From NCBI GenBank assembly GCA_041662745.1, contig JBAZRV010000001.1:180001-212000 (forward strand): a stretch of 32,000 nt of DNA. Direction: 5' to 3'. The notes below the pieces were generated by a model. The model worked only from the letters and a program-made list of their open reading frames with translations. It had not been told where the DNA came from and did no database searches. This DNA comes from Patescibacteria group bacterium. Lineage in GTDB: Bacteria > Patescibacteriota > Patescibacteriia > 2-01-FULL-39-33. The position numbers and the translations under genes are program-made. How positions within the stretch are numbered: the first letter of the stretch is position 1; every line of letters starts with the position of its first letter. Below, one piece after another: positions 23,796 to 32,000 of this stretch.

Positions 23796-26030
23796 ATGGC
23801 CAAAATAGAAAAACAAACTTATGATATTTCCGGTATGCATTGCGCATCTTGCGCCTTGACCATTGAAAAAAAGCTTAAAGGTGTGCCCGGCGTTAAGGGT
23901 GCTACGGTTAATTTTGCAACAGAGCAAGCCAATGTAGAATATGATTGCGATAAATGCACGGAAGAGCAAATCATTAAAGCGGTTAAGCAGACAGGCTATG
24001 GAGTCATGCCGAAGATGGATAAAGAGGATCAGGCTAAAATGAGCCAGGGTTTAGCCGGCCATGATCACGCGGCCATGGTACGTGAACAAGAAATAATCAA
24101 AGAACGCAATAGTTTTTGGCTGAGCGTTGTTTTGACTGTGCCCGTTGTTATTTTGTCCATGGTTTTAATGGACAGATCGCCGGCCAGCCTGGTTGTCCAG
24201 TCACTGCTTTCCGGCATTATACAATTTTACATCGGTTTTAGGTTTTATCGAGGAACTTGGTATGGCTTGAAGAATTTCAGCGCTAATATGGATACCCTGG
24301 TGGCCGCCGGCACCAGCGCCGCCTATCTTTACAGTTTTATTTCTGTTTTTCGCGGCGGAGAAATATTTTTTGAAACTTCGGCTTTATTGATAACTTTTGT
24401 GGTTTTAGGCAAATGGCTGGAAGCCAGAGCCAAGGGCAAGGCATCGGCGGCAATCAAGAAACTGGCAAAACTGCAGGCCAAAACAGCTTTAGTGGAGGTT
24501 AATGGCCAAGAACGGGAAGTGCCGCTTCAGGAAGTGCAAGTCGGTGACATTATTATCGTCAAGCCGGGTGAAAAGATCCCGACCGACGGCCTGATTATTT
24601 CCGGATATTCATCCATTGACGAATCCATGGTGACCGGAGAGGGTATTCCGGTTGATAAGCAATCCGGCGATCAAGTAATCGGTTCCACCATTAATCAGTC
24701 CGGCAGCTTTAAAATGAAAGCGACGCGGGTCGGCCGCGATACTCTGCTGATGCAAATAGTGAAAACCGTTGAAGAGGCCCAGGGCCGGAAAGCTCCGATT
24801 CAAAAATTTGCCGATCGCGTTTCTGAATATTTTGTGCCGGCAGTAATATTTATCGCCCTAGTTACTTTTGCCGTTTGGTTCGGCGTGTTGCATCGTCCGG
24901 CGGTAGATTCGTTAATGGCGGCGGTGGCGGTTTTGGTTATCGCTTGCCCCTGTGCTTTGGGCCTGGCTACGCCTACGGCGATTTTGGTCGGTAGCGGCAA
25001 GGGGGCGGAAAAGGGAATCCTGTATAAAAACGGCGAGGCGATTGAGCTTTCAGCTAAAATAAAAATCATGGCCTTTGATAAAACCGGCACGATTACCGTC
25101 GGCCGGCCGACGGTGACTCAGATTAAAGATTTTACCGACCGGAGTTATCTGTCCGAGTTGGCCGGCTTGGAGAGCAAATCGGAGCATCCTTTGGCTAAAG
25201 CGATCGTTGCTTATGCCAAAGCAGAAAAAATCAAATTATTGATCCCGGACAAATTTGAAGCTTCAGCCGGTAGCGGTGTCAGCGGTACGATTGAAGGGCA
25301 AAAAGTATTTGCGGGTACGGAAAAATTTTTGCTTGATAACGGCGTCAAAATAGGTCAAGAGATAATTGAACAAAAGCTCGCCTGGGAGCGGGCGGGACAA
25401 ACAGTTATGCTGGGAGCTGTCGGCGGCCAAGCAGTTGCGACTATTGCTGTAGCCGATACGATTAAAAACGATTCGGTCCAGGCGATTAATGATTTGCGGC
25501 AGCTGGGCATAGAATCAATTATGATTACCGGCGATAATAAAACCGTGGCCCAGGCGATTGCCCAAGAAGTCGGGATTAATAATGTGGTGGCAAAGATTAT
25601 GCCGCAAGATAAAGCTAAGGTCATTGATGACTTAAAAGACAATAAGTTTGGAAATTGGGGCTTAAAAATAAAAGATTACGGACGCAGGCCGTTTGTCGCC
25701 ATGGTCGGCGACGGCATTAACGATGCGCCGGCTTTGGCCGCGGCTGATTTGGGCCTGGCCATGGGCAAGGGTACGGATATCGCTATTGAGTCGGGACAGG
25801 TAGTGTTGGTCAAAGGCGATTTAGCTGATGCGGTTAAGGCGATCAGGCTGGGTCGGATGACCATGGGTAAAATAAAGCAGAATCTTTTTTGGGCGTTGTT
25901 TTACAATGTATTATTCATACCTATTGCCGCCTTGGGGTTGCTTCGCGCCGAGTATGCCGGCTTAGCCATGGCATTATCCAGCGTCTCCGTGGTGCTGAAT
26001 TCGTTATTGCTTAAAAGGAAGAAACTTTAA
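23796..26030 (+). CDS. copA: copper-translocating P1B-type ATPase
   Basis: N-terminal HMA domain (GMHCASC), TGE, CPC ([11 protein letters not shown]), DKTGT and GDGINDAP motifs. A ~20-aa insertion ([18 protein letters not shown]) precedes GDGINDAP. Confidence 0.96.
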   Translation: MAKIEKQTYDISGMHCASCALTIEKKLKGVPGVKGATVNFATEQANVEYDCDKCTEEQIIKAVKQTGYGVMPKMDKEDQAKMSQGLAGHDHAAMVREQEIIKERNSFWLSVVLTVPVVILSMVLMDRSPASLVVQSLLSGIIQFYIGFRFYRGTWYGLKNFSANMDTLVAAGTSAAYLYSFISVFRGGEIFFETSALLITFVVLGKWLEARAKGKASAAIKKLAKLQAKTALVEVNGQEREVPLQEVQVGDIIIVKPGEKIPTDGLIISGYSSIDESMVTGEGIPVDKQSGDQVIGSTINQSGSFKMKATRVGRDTLLMQIVKTVEEAQGRKAPIQKFADRVSEYFVPAVIFIALVTFAVWFGVLHRPAVDSLMAAVAVLVIACPCALGLATPTAILVGSGKGAEKGILYKNGEAIELSAKIKIMAFDKTGTITVGRPTVTQIKDFTDRSYLSELAGLESKSEHPLAKAIVAYAKAEKIKLLIPDKFEASAGSGVSGTIEGQKVFAGTEKFLLDNGVKIGQEIIEQKLAWERAGQTVMLGAVGGQAVATIAVADTIKNDSVQAINDLRQLGIESIMITGDNKTVAQAIAQEVGINNVVAKIMPQDKAKVIDDLKDNKFGNWGLKIKDYGRRPFVAMVGDGINDAPALAAADLGLAMGKGTDIAIESGQVVLVKGDLADAVKAIRLGRMTMGKIKQNLFWALFYNVLFIPIAALGLLRAEYAGLAMALSSVSVVLNSLLLKRKKL

Positions 26031-26032
26031 TT

Positions 26033-26066
26033 AAAAAACAACCCGCTAATGGCGGGTTGTTTTTTA
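26033..26066 (+). terminator. copA terminator
   Basis: CAACCCGC-TAATG-GCGGGTTG with an upstream run of A's and a downstream T6. Confidence 0.85.
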
Positions 26067-26079
26067 ATTTATTGATTTT

Positions 26080-26535
26080 ATGTTAAAATTAAGGCGTATG
26101 AAAAACGGTAATTCAACAGCCAAATGGGAACCGATTAATTTTGTTTTTTATTTTCAGTTTGTGTTGATCCCGGTATTGATTGCCGGCGCGTTAGAGGTTT
26201 TTTTACGTTGGTTTTTGGTTTGGCTTTGGCCGGAATTGTCTATCGGCCTAATTGATCTGTTGATGTGGCTGGTACGCTTGGCGGCTTTCATTTGGATCGG
26301 CCGGCAAGTAGTCAAATCTTACGGCCAAATCAACGCTATCGGCGCCCTGTCCGGAGCGATTGCCGGATTAGCGATCGGGTTGATTGTCGCCGCTTCCCGC
26401 TTTTCCGGCGGTTTCAGGATTTGGAAGGTTTTTAATTTGGCGACAGAAGGAGTTTTAACCGCTCTGGCCGGTTGTTTGCTGGTTTATTTGATCGTATTAG
26501 TGTGGGACGTCCTGCCGAATAAATTGAAAATTTAA
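26080..26535 (+). CDS. hypothetical membrane protein (~4 TM)
   Basis: Hydrophobic helices run throughout. An alternative start at ATG 26098 is preceded by AAGG. Confidence 0.65.
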   Translation: MLKLRRMKNGNSTAKWEPINFVFYFQFVLIPVLIAGALEVFLRWFLVWLWPELSIGLIDLLMWLVRLAAFIWIGRQVVKSYGQINAIGALSGAIAGLAIGLIVAASRFSGGFRIWKVFNLATEGVLTALAGCLLVYLIVLVWDVLPNKLKI

Positions 26536-26567
26536 AAATAAAAGATTAACAATTTAAAAATAAAAGT

Positions 26568-26885
26568 ATGACGGATAAAACATTAACTCAAGATCAGAAG
26601 GTTTGGGGAGCGATCTCCTATCTCTGGGTTTTAAGCCTGGTGGCTCTGGCCGCCAGGAAAAACGACAGTTACGTGCGTTTCCACGCTAATCAGGGCGTGC
26701 TGCTGTTCGTTATTTCTTTTGTCGGCTTCATTCCCGTTTTGGGCTGGTTGATTAATTTGTTGGTGGCCGTGGTGGCGATTATCGCCATAATTAAAGCTTA
26801 TGAAGGCGAAAAATGGCAACTGCCGTTATTGGCCGGTCCGGCTAAACAATTCGGCGCTTGGCTGGAGAAAACGTTGAAATTATAA
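26568..26885 (+). CDS. DUF4870-like membrane protein
   Basis: The motif SYVRFHANQGVLLF followed by two TM helices matches the DUF4870 pattern (F-x-x-F-H-x-x-Q). Confidence 0.75.
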   Translation: MTDKTLTQDQKVWGAISYLWVLSLVALAARKNDSYVRFHANQGVLLFVISFVGFIPVLGWLINLLVAVVAIIAIIKAYEGEKWQLPLLAGPAKQFGAWLEKTLKL

Positions 26886-26979
26886 TTCAGGATTAGATAA
26901 ATTATAAATTAAAATAGGCAATTAATGTTTTAATCGTATTTTTAGCTGTTTAAGCCCAGGCTTATTTTTAAATATTTTT

Positions 26980-28482
26980 ATGAAACGAACTAAGATTGTC
27001 GCGACTATCGGTCCGGCTTCGGAAACTAAAGCCATGATGCAAAAAATGATTAAGTCAGGTCTGAACGTGGCTCGGCTTAATTTTTCTCATAATACCCATG
27101 GCCATCACGCCAAACTGATTCGTAATTTGCGTTCCGCGGCCAAGGCAAGCAATGCCAACATCGCTATTTTGCAGGATTTGCAAGGTCCGCGCATCAGAAT
27201 CGGCGAAGTGGGCGATGGCGTGGAAATCAAAGCGGGACAGGAATTATATTTGGTGCCGGAGAAGTACTGTTCCGCCGGCAAAAAAACCGCCCGCCTGCTT
27301 ATCCCCATCCAGTATCCCGAGTTATATCGCGACCTGAAAAAGGGCGATCCGGTTTTGATTGACGATGCAACCATTGAATTGAAAGTTAAGGAGATTGATC
27401 GGCGGGCCATCCGTTGCCTGGCTCTAAACGGCGGCATCATCAAGACGCATAAAGGCATGAATTTCCCCAAATCATCAATAAATTGTCCGGCAGTAACTGA
27501 CAAGGACTTGGCTGATGTGGAATTCGGCGTCAAAAGCGGAGCGGACTGGATCGCCTTGTCTTTTGTTAAGGATGAAAAAGACGTTTTCAACCTGCGAAAG
27601 AAAGTTTTCGCCTTAGAGAAGAAATATTTGAAATTAAATATCGGCGATGGCAAAAAAATGGATAAGCCGGGAATGAAAGGCAAGATTTCCGGCGAGCATA
27701 TCAGAATTATCGCCAAGATTGAACGGCGCGAGGCCATTAACAATTTTGATCGTATTTTGGAGGCGGCCGACGGCATTATGGTGGCGCGCGGCGACTTAGG
27801 AATTGAAACGCCGATTGAGGATTTGCCCATGTTGCAAAAATCCATGATTGAAAAATGCCGGCAAGCCGGCAAGCCGGTGATTGTGGCTACCCAAATGCTG
27901 GAATCCATGATTAAGAATCCCATTCCCACCCGCGCCGAAGTGTCAGACGTGGCCAATGCCGTGCTGGATGGCACCGACGCCATTATGCTTTCGGGCGAAA
28001 GCGCTACCGGCAAATATCCGCTTAAGGCCGTGCAATACATGGCCAAGATCGCCAACCATATGGAACAGGAAGAAATCGTTCGGGAGGAAGCGCGAGAAAA
28101 TGATTTTAAGAGCAACCAATCCATTACCCAGGTGATTTCTTTTATGGCTCAAGATTTAGCCGAAGATAGCGCCGCCGCCCGCTTAATCGTTTGCGCCACC
28201 ACTTCCGGCTTTACGGCTCGCAATATCTGCCGTTTTCGGCCGGCGGTGCAAATTGTAGCGGTTACGCCGTCGGCTTTAACGCGGCGGCAACTGGCGTTGA
28301 GCTGGGGCGTAGACGCGCAAATAGCCCGCTTTACCGATTCATTCAATAAGCTTTTGGCCGACATTAAGAAACTGTTATTGGCTAAGCGCTTGGCAAAACG
28401 GGGAGATACGGTGGTAGTGGTTGCCGGCCACCCCTTCGGTTATAAGGGGCAGAGCAACTTGATTAAGGTGGAGGTGATATAG
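26980..28482 (+). CDS. pyk: pyruvate kinase
   Basis: KIVATIGPAS, ARLNFSHNTH, IIAKIE, MVARGDLGIE and ATQMLESM motifs. A full C-terminal domain is present. Confidence 0.96.
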   Translation: MKRTKIVATIGPASETKAMMQKMIKSGLNVARLNFSHNTHGHHAKLIRNLRSAAKASNANIAILQDLQGPRIRIGEVGDGVEIKAGQELYLVPEKYCSAGKKTARLLIPIQYPELYRDLKKGDPVLIDDATIELKVKEIDRRAIRCLALNGGIIKTHKGMNFPKSSINCPAVTDKDLADVEFGVKSGADWIALSFVKDEKDVFNLRKKVFALEKKYLKLNIGDGKKMDKPGMKGKISGEHIRIIAKIERREAINNFDRILEAADGIMVARGDLGIETPIEDLPMLQKSMIEKCRQAGKPVIVATQMLESMIKNPIPTRAEVSDVANAVLDGTDAIMLSGESATGKYPLKAVQYMAKIANHMEQEEIVREEARENDFKSNQSITQVISFMAQDLAEDSAAARLIVCATTSGFTARNICRFRPAVQIVAVTPSALTRRQLALSWGVDAQIARFTDSFNKLLADIKKLLLAKRLAKRGDTVVVVAGHPFGYKGQSNLIKVEVI

Positions 28483-28490
28483 TTTTCTTT

Positions 28491-28517
28491 GATACCTTTC
28501 TCTATGAGAAAGGTATC
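28491..28517. repeat. perfect 12-bp inverted repeat hairpin directly after the pyk stop
   Basis: GATACCTTTCTC-TAT-GAGAAAGGTATC. No T tract follows, so it is not a canonical terminator. Confidence 0.7.
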
Positions 28518-28528
28518 TCCAAAGAGTC

Positions 28529-28663
28529 GCGACCGCTAAAAATCATGGCCAAATTTTCAGTAGCGCTCACTAAATTTTGACGCTACGCTGGCAAAATTTT
28601 TACGTGAGCGCCCAGTCCGTCTACGACGGACATTGAAAATTGGCACAATATTTTAATGGTCGC
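28529..28663. repeat. ~135-nt composite inverted-repeat element (Y-shaped fold; candidate ncRNA or MITE-like element)
   Basis: Outer pairing 28529-28534/28658-28663 and 28548-28559/28634-28644. Inner hairpins 28563-28579/28592-28611 and 28615-28631. The + strand is followed by CTTTTTATT. Confidence 0.4.
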
Positions 28664-28708
28664 CTTTTTATTCAAATACGAATACAATTAAAATAAAGTT
28701 AACAAATT

Positions 28709-28739
28709 TAAAAACCGCGGGCGGGTGCTCGCGGTTTTT
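28709..28739. terminator. bidirectional terminator
   Basis: AAAACCGCG / CGCGGTTTT stem with a 10-nt loop, lying downstream of both pyk and the 130-aa gene. Confidence 0.7.
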
Positions 28740-28755
28740 GTGCGTTATTATTCAC

Positions 28756-29148
28756 TTATTCGCTTGGTAAGGTTTTGGCCAACGCCATTTTCATCAGTTC
28801 CATTTCTAATATAAACTGATTCCCATTAGATCTTGCTAACGCAATATCTACCATTCTCTCTGTCGTCAACGCCTCGTCGCATAAGCGTTCGCCTTCTTTT
28901 CGCGTTACACCTATTTTATAGATTTTTTCTCCCAAATCATCATCGGCTTCCATGGCTCGTTGAAATTCTTTCAATTGTTGTTCCGAGTAAAAGCTCCTCA
29001 TAAAACGCGTCCCGCAGTAAGCGGCGGGGGAAGCTTTTTCGGTATATTCAAATACCACAACAATCTCCTCCTCCTCGGCTTTTTTGGGCGGTTCCGGCAG
29101 CGGTTCATAAGCGGTTTCATCGGGGCTGGGATGGCAATCTTCCGACAT
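28756..29148 (-). CDS. hypothetical protein (130 aa, acidic N-terminus)
   Basis: SD AAGGAG lies 7 nt upstream of ATG 29148, and the gene starts 24 nt after the stop of the upstream gene. No family recognised. Confidence 0.65.
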   Translation of the reverse strand: MSEDCHPSPDETAYEPLPEPPKKAEEEEIVVVFEYTEKASPAAYCGTRFMRSFYSEQQLKEFQRAMEADDDLGEKIYKIGVTRKEGERLCDEALTTERMVDIALARSNGNQFILEMELMKMALAKTLPSE

Positions 29149-29172
29149 GTCTCGTCTCCTTTTGGTTGAGGT

Positions 29173-30126
29173 TTACAAATTGCGCCAAATTTCATAACCC
29201 TGGATGCCCGGGTTGCGCTTATGCCATCCCGGACAAGCGACATTAAGATCAAACAACAGGTATTGAGTGTAGCTTACATGCATTTTTTCTGACAGTTCAC
29301 CGGCCAATTCCTTAAGCGTGTTGAATTTCGGTTCGCTGATGCCCAACATAGAAATATACCCGAATTTGTCGTTCTGTTTATACAAGTAGACTTTAGTGAC
29401 AGAGCTTTCCAGCGGTCGGAACAGAAAAGTCTTCCAAGAAGTCTTAAGGCATAGGACGTACGGCTGATAACCGCAATGCTCCAAAACATAAGCGGCGGTA
29501 ACGGCGGCGCCATAATCGTCTAACGGCCTTCGGGAATAATGGATTTGGCTGAAACTGGGCGGCGAGTTATCGGCTATCAAGCCGTTTTGCAATTGGTAGC
29601 GAAAAACAATTATGCGCGCTTGCAACGGGTGATGGACGCTGGCGGCCACTTCTTCTGCCGCCGGAGCAAGTATGTGTTCCGGTGCAACTAGAGAAGATTT
29701 TCGGTCCTTCCCCAAAGAAGTGACAGCGATTTTTTCCCAATCAGGATAAATAGCCAATAGGCTGTCAATATGTTTTTGCACCTCGTTAAATTTCGGGTCA
29801 GCCGTCACCAGGGCTTGCTCGATTCGGTCGGGATCCAAAGACATTATTTTCGGTTGGATCAGATTAACGGCAAGGGCCAGGACGATAACAAGAAAAACGG
29901 CCCGGGCCATAAATGATAGCCTTTGACCGACACGATTGACGGAAAAATAAGCCGGCCAAGCCACGGCATAGAAAATTCTTTCTTGACGCGTTAAGGAAGA
30001 AGAATTATCGCTGATTGCCGTTCCTGCCGGCATAAAAGCGGTTAGACGGCTGGCATAGCCGATAAACAGATAACAAGACAAAGCAAGCAGCGAAACCAAG
30101 TAAGCCAAGCAGTATTCAATAAGCAT
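29173..30126 (-). CDS. hypothetical membrane-anchored protein (317 aa)
   Basis: The start is set at ATG 30126 because SD AAGGAG lies 6 nt upstream; the ORF-track TTG at 30156 contains the SD within its own codons. TM helices at the N-terminus precede a soluble C-terminal domain of unknown family. Confidence 0.7.
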   Translation of the reverse strand: MLIEYCLAYLVSLLALSCYLFIGYASRLTAFMPAGTAISDNSSSLTRQERIFYAVAWPAYFSVNRVGQRLSFMARAVFLVIVLALAVNLIQPKIMSLDPDRIEQALVTADPKFNEVQKHIDSLLAIYPDWEKIAVTSLGKDRKSSLVAPEHILAPAAEEVAASVHHPLQARIIVFRYQLQNGLIADNSPPSFSQIHYSRRPLDDYGAAVTAAYVLEHCGYQPYVLCLKTSWKTFLFRPLESSVTKVYLYKQNDKFGYISMLGISEPKFNTLKELAGELSEKMHVSYTQYLLFDLNVACPGWHKRNPGIQGYEIWRNL

Positions 30127-30312
30127 GGCGCTCTCCTTTTTGCGGTTATTTGCCAATATCCGTTATGTTTGTCAAAGAACTTTAATAGCTAACCCTATCA
30201 TAAAAATCGTCAATAGTCAAGATTTTGGCCGGAAGGTTGTCGCCGGTAATGCGCGATTTATTTTTTGGGAGTATAATTAAAATAGCAAATAAAAATTTAG
30301 GAGGCTATGAAA

Positions 30313-32000
30313 ATGCAAAAAAACATTCTTTGGTTCAAGGAATTGACGATGAGAGATGTCGGTCGAGTCGGCGGCAAAAACGCCAGCTTGGGTGAAATGT
30401 ATCGTAATTTGTCCGGCCGGGGTGTTCCCATACCGAACGGTTTTGCCGTTACGGCCCAGGCTTATAATAAGTTTTTAGCCGGCGCCAAGATTAAGCGTCG
30501 CATTTACGCCGAGCTTAAGGGGGCGACTGATAGGAATTTGGCCAAGAAATCAGCCGCAGTCAAGAAGATGATTTTGACTGCTGTTTTGCCTCAGGAATTA
30601 AAAACGGAAATTTCTCAGGCATACAAAAAATTATCCAAGCAGTATGGTGTCGCCAATACTGACGTGGCCGTGCGTTCTTCGGCCACAGCCGAGGATATGC
30701 CCAATGCTTCTTTTGCCGGCCAACAAGAATCATATCTGAATATCAGGGGTGAACAAGAATTATATTTGGCGATCAAGCGCTGTTTCGCTTCATTGTTTTC
30801 CGAGCGCGCCATTTCTTATCGTCTTGATTATAAATTCAAACATGAGAAGGTCCTGCTTTCAGTCGGCGTGCAGAAAATGGTGCGATCGGATTTGGGATCT
30901 GCCGGCGTAATGTTTACCATTGACACCGAAAGCGGCAATCCCAACGTAATTTTGATTAACGCCGCTTACGGCTTGGGCGAATTTGTGGTTAAGGGTACGG
31001 TCAACCCCGATGAATATTATGTCTTCAAAAATACTTTGGCCAAAGGCTTCAAGCCGATCGTTTCCAAACAGGTCGGCGATAAAAATAAGAAACTGGTTTA
31101 CTCCGATAATCCTATTCGGCCGACACGTTCAGTGGCGGTGCCATTACTGCAACAGAAGAAGTATGTTTTAAAGGATGAAGAAATCATGCAGTTGGCCAAA
31201 TGGGCGGTAATAATTGAAAAGCATTATAAGCGGCCCATGGACATTGAATGGGCCTTGGACGGCCGGACGGGCAAATTATATATCGTTCAAGCTCGGCCGG
31301 AAACGATTGCCAGCAATAAGAATCCGAATTTATTGGAAGAATATGTAATGGCCGGCACAGGCAAATTATTATTTACCGGTTCCAGCGTCGGGGTGAAAAT
31401 CGGCAGCGGCCAGGCGCGTGTAATTAAGAGAGTGTCGGAATTGAATGATTTTAAGTCCGGAGAGGTGCTGGTGGCTGACATGACCGATCCGGATTGGGAG
31501 CCGTTTATGAAAAGCGCCGCCGCGATTGTCACTAACGAAGGCGGCAGAACCTGCCATGCCGCGATTGTTTCGCGAGAACTGGGCGTGCCTTGCGTCGTGG
31601 GTGCCAGCGTGGCGACTAAGAAGATAAAGACCGGCCAGGCCGTTACCGTGTCTTGCGCCGAGGGAGAAATCGGCAAGGTGTATGGCGGTTTGGTGCCATT
31701 TAAAATCAGACGCACCAACTTAAAGCATTTATCCCGCCCCAAAACAAAAATCATGATGAATGTGGGCAACCCCTATGCCGCCCTGTCGTTTTCTTTTTTG
31801 CCTAATGACGGCGTAGGCCTGGCGCGCGAAGAGTTCATTATTGCCAATTATATCAAGGTTCATCCCCTGGCTCTTTTGAATTATTCCAAAATCAAAGATC
31901 AGCAAGCCAAGGCCGAAATCGCCGAGCTAACCGTAAATTATCCGAAGAAGCCCCAATTTTTTGTTGATAAATTAGCCGAGGGCATCGGTATGATTGCCGC
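30313..32000 (+). CDS. ppsA: phosphoenolpyruvate synthase (pyruvate, water dikinase), N-terminal ~560 aa; continues past window end
   Basis: Not in the ORF track because it has no stop in the window. Hand translation in frame 1 gives MQKNILWFKELTMRDVGRVGGKNASLGEMY...VAVRSSATAEDMPNASFAGQ...TNEGGRTCHAAIVSRELGVP (catalytic His). SD AGGAGG lies 8 nt before ATG 30313; an in-frame ATG also occurs at 30307. Confidence 0.93.
   Translation, partial: MQKNILWFKELTMRDVGRVGGKNASLGEMYRNLSGRGVPIPNGFAVTAQAYNKFLAGAKIKRRIYAELKGATDRNLAKKSAAVKKMILTAVLPQELKTEISQAYKKLSKQYGVANTDVAVRSSATAEDMPNASFAGQQESYLNIRGEQELYLAIKRCFASLFSERAISYRLDYKFKHEKVLLSVGVQKMVRSDLGSAGVMFTIDTESGNPNVILINAAYGLGEFVVKGTVNPDEYYVFKNTLAKGFKPIVSKQVGDKNKKLVYSDNPIRPTRSVAVPLLQQKKYVLKDEEIMQLAKWAVIIEKHYKRPMDIEWALDGRTGKLYIVQARPETIASNKNPNLLEEYVMAGTGKLLFTGSSVGVKIGSGQARVIKRVSELNDFKSGEVLVADMTDPDWEPFMKSAAAIVTNEGGRTCHAAIVSRELGVPCVVGASVATKKIKTGQAVTVSCAEGEIGKVYGGLVPFKIRRTNLKHLSRPKTKIMMNVGNPYAALSFSFLPNDGVGLAREEFIIANYIKVHPLALLNYSKIKDQQAKAEIAELTVNYPKKPQFFVDKLAEGIGMIA

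Noticed and set aside
27105-28124. 339-aa minus-strand ORF, the longest unexplained ORF in the track
   Set aside because: It lies entirely antisense to pyruvate kinase, whose identity is unambiguous. The product is Ser/Leu/Ala/Ile-rich with no recognisable motifs and no RBS.
30615-31769. Minus-strand ORFs (65 and 160 aa) and + ORF 30983-31171
   Set aside because: All lie inside ppsA, which is open in frame 1 from 30307 to the window end and has clear PEP-synthase motifs. They are antisense or off-frame artefacts.

Overview
This is a compact (about 90% coding) bacterial chromosome segment, about 44% GC in my hand-counted samples, using the standard genetic code. The gene content fits a small-genome Patescibacteria/CPR-like organism: a lamin-tail-domain surface protein, a LysM/M23 peptidase, NusA with large low-complexity insertions, TrmB-like wHTH regulators and many small membrane proteins. 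That assignment is inference only. Housekeeping genes are a 5'-partial cca, rluD, groES-groEL (sigma70-type promoter plus CIRCE operator), comM/yifB, rplS, three tRNAs (Leu-GAG, Val-UAC, Ala-UGC), nusA, yraN, pyk and a 3'-partial ppsA. The ppsA ORF runs off the window end and is missing from the ORF track. A copper module is present: csoR with a CsoR-type box, an HMA-like membrane protein, and a separate copA. I saw no transposase, integrase, reverse transcriptase, cas gene or CRISPR array, and no clear multi-gene novel system. The most unusual signals are non-coding. (1) An exact 16-nt copy of the tRNA-Val 3' end lies 187 nt downstream of the original and brackets a ~66% GC, fully nested multi-helix RNA-like element with two GNRA hairpins (12031-12169). 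(2) A ~135-nt Y-shaped palindromic element sits in the long convergent pyk intergenic region (28529-28663). (3) A strong promoter is followed by a ~160-nt leader with a 19-bp hairpin containing G-U pairs, upstream of a GC-rich RyR-like gene. (4) A terminator-like attenuator lies in the nusA leader. An unlisted 58-aa DUF397-like micro-ORF (4234-4410) sits in a divergent wHTH module of unknown function.
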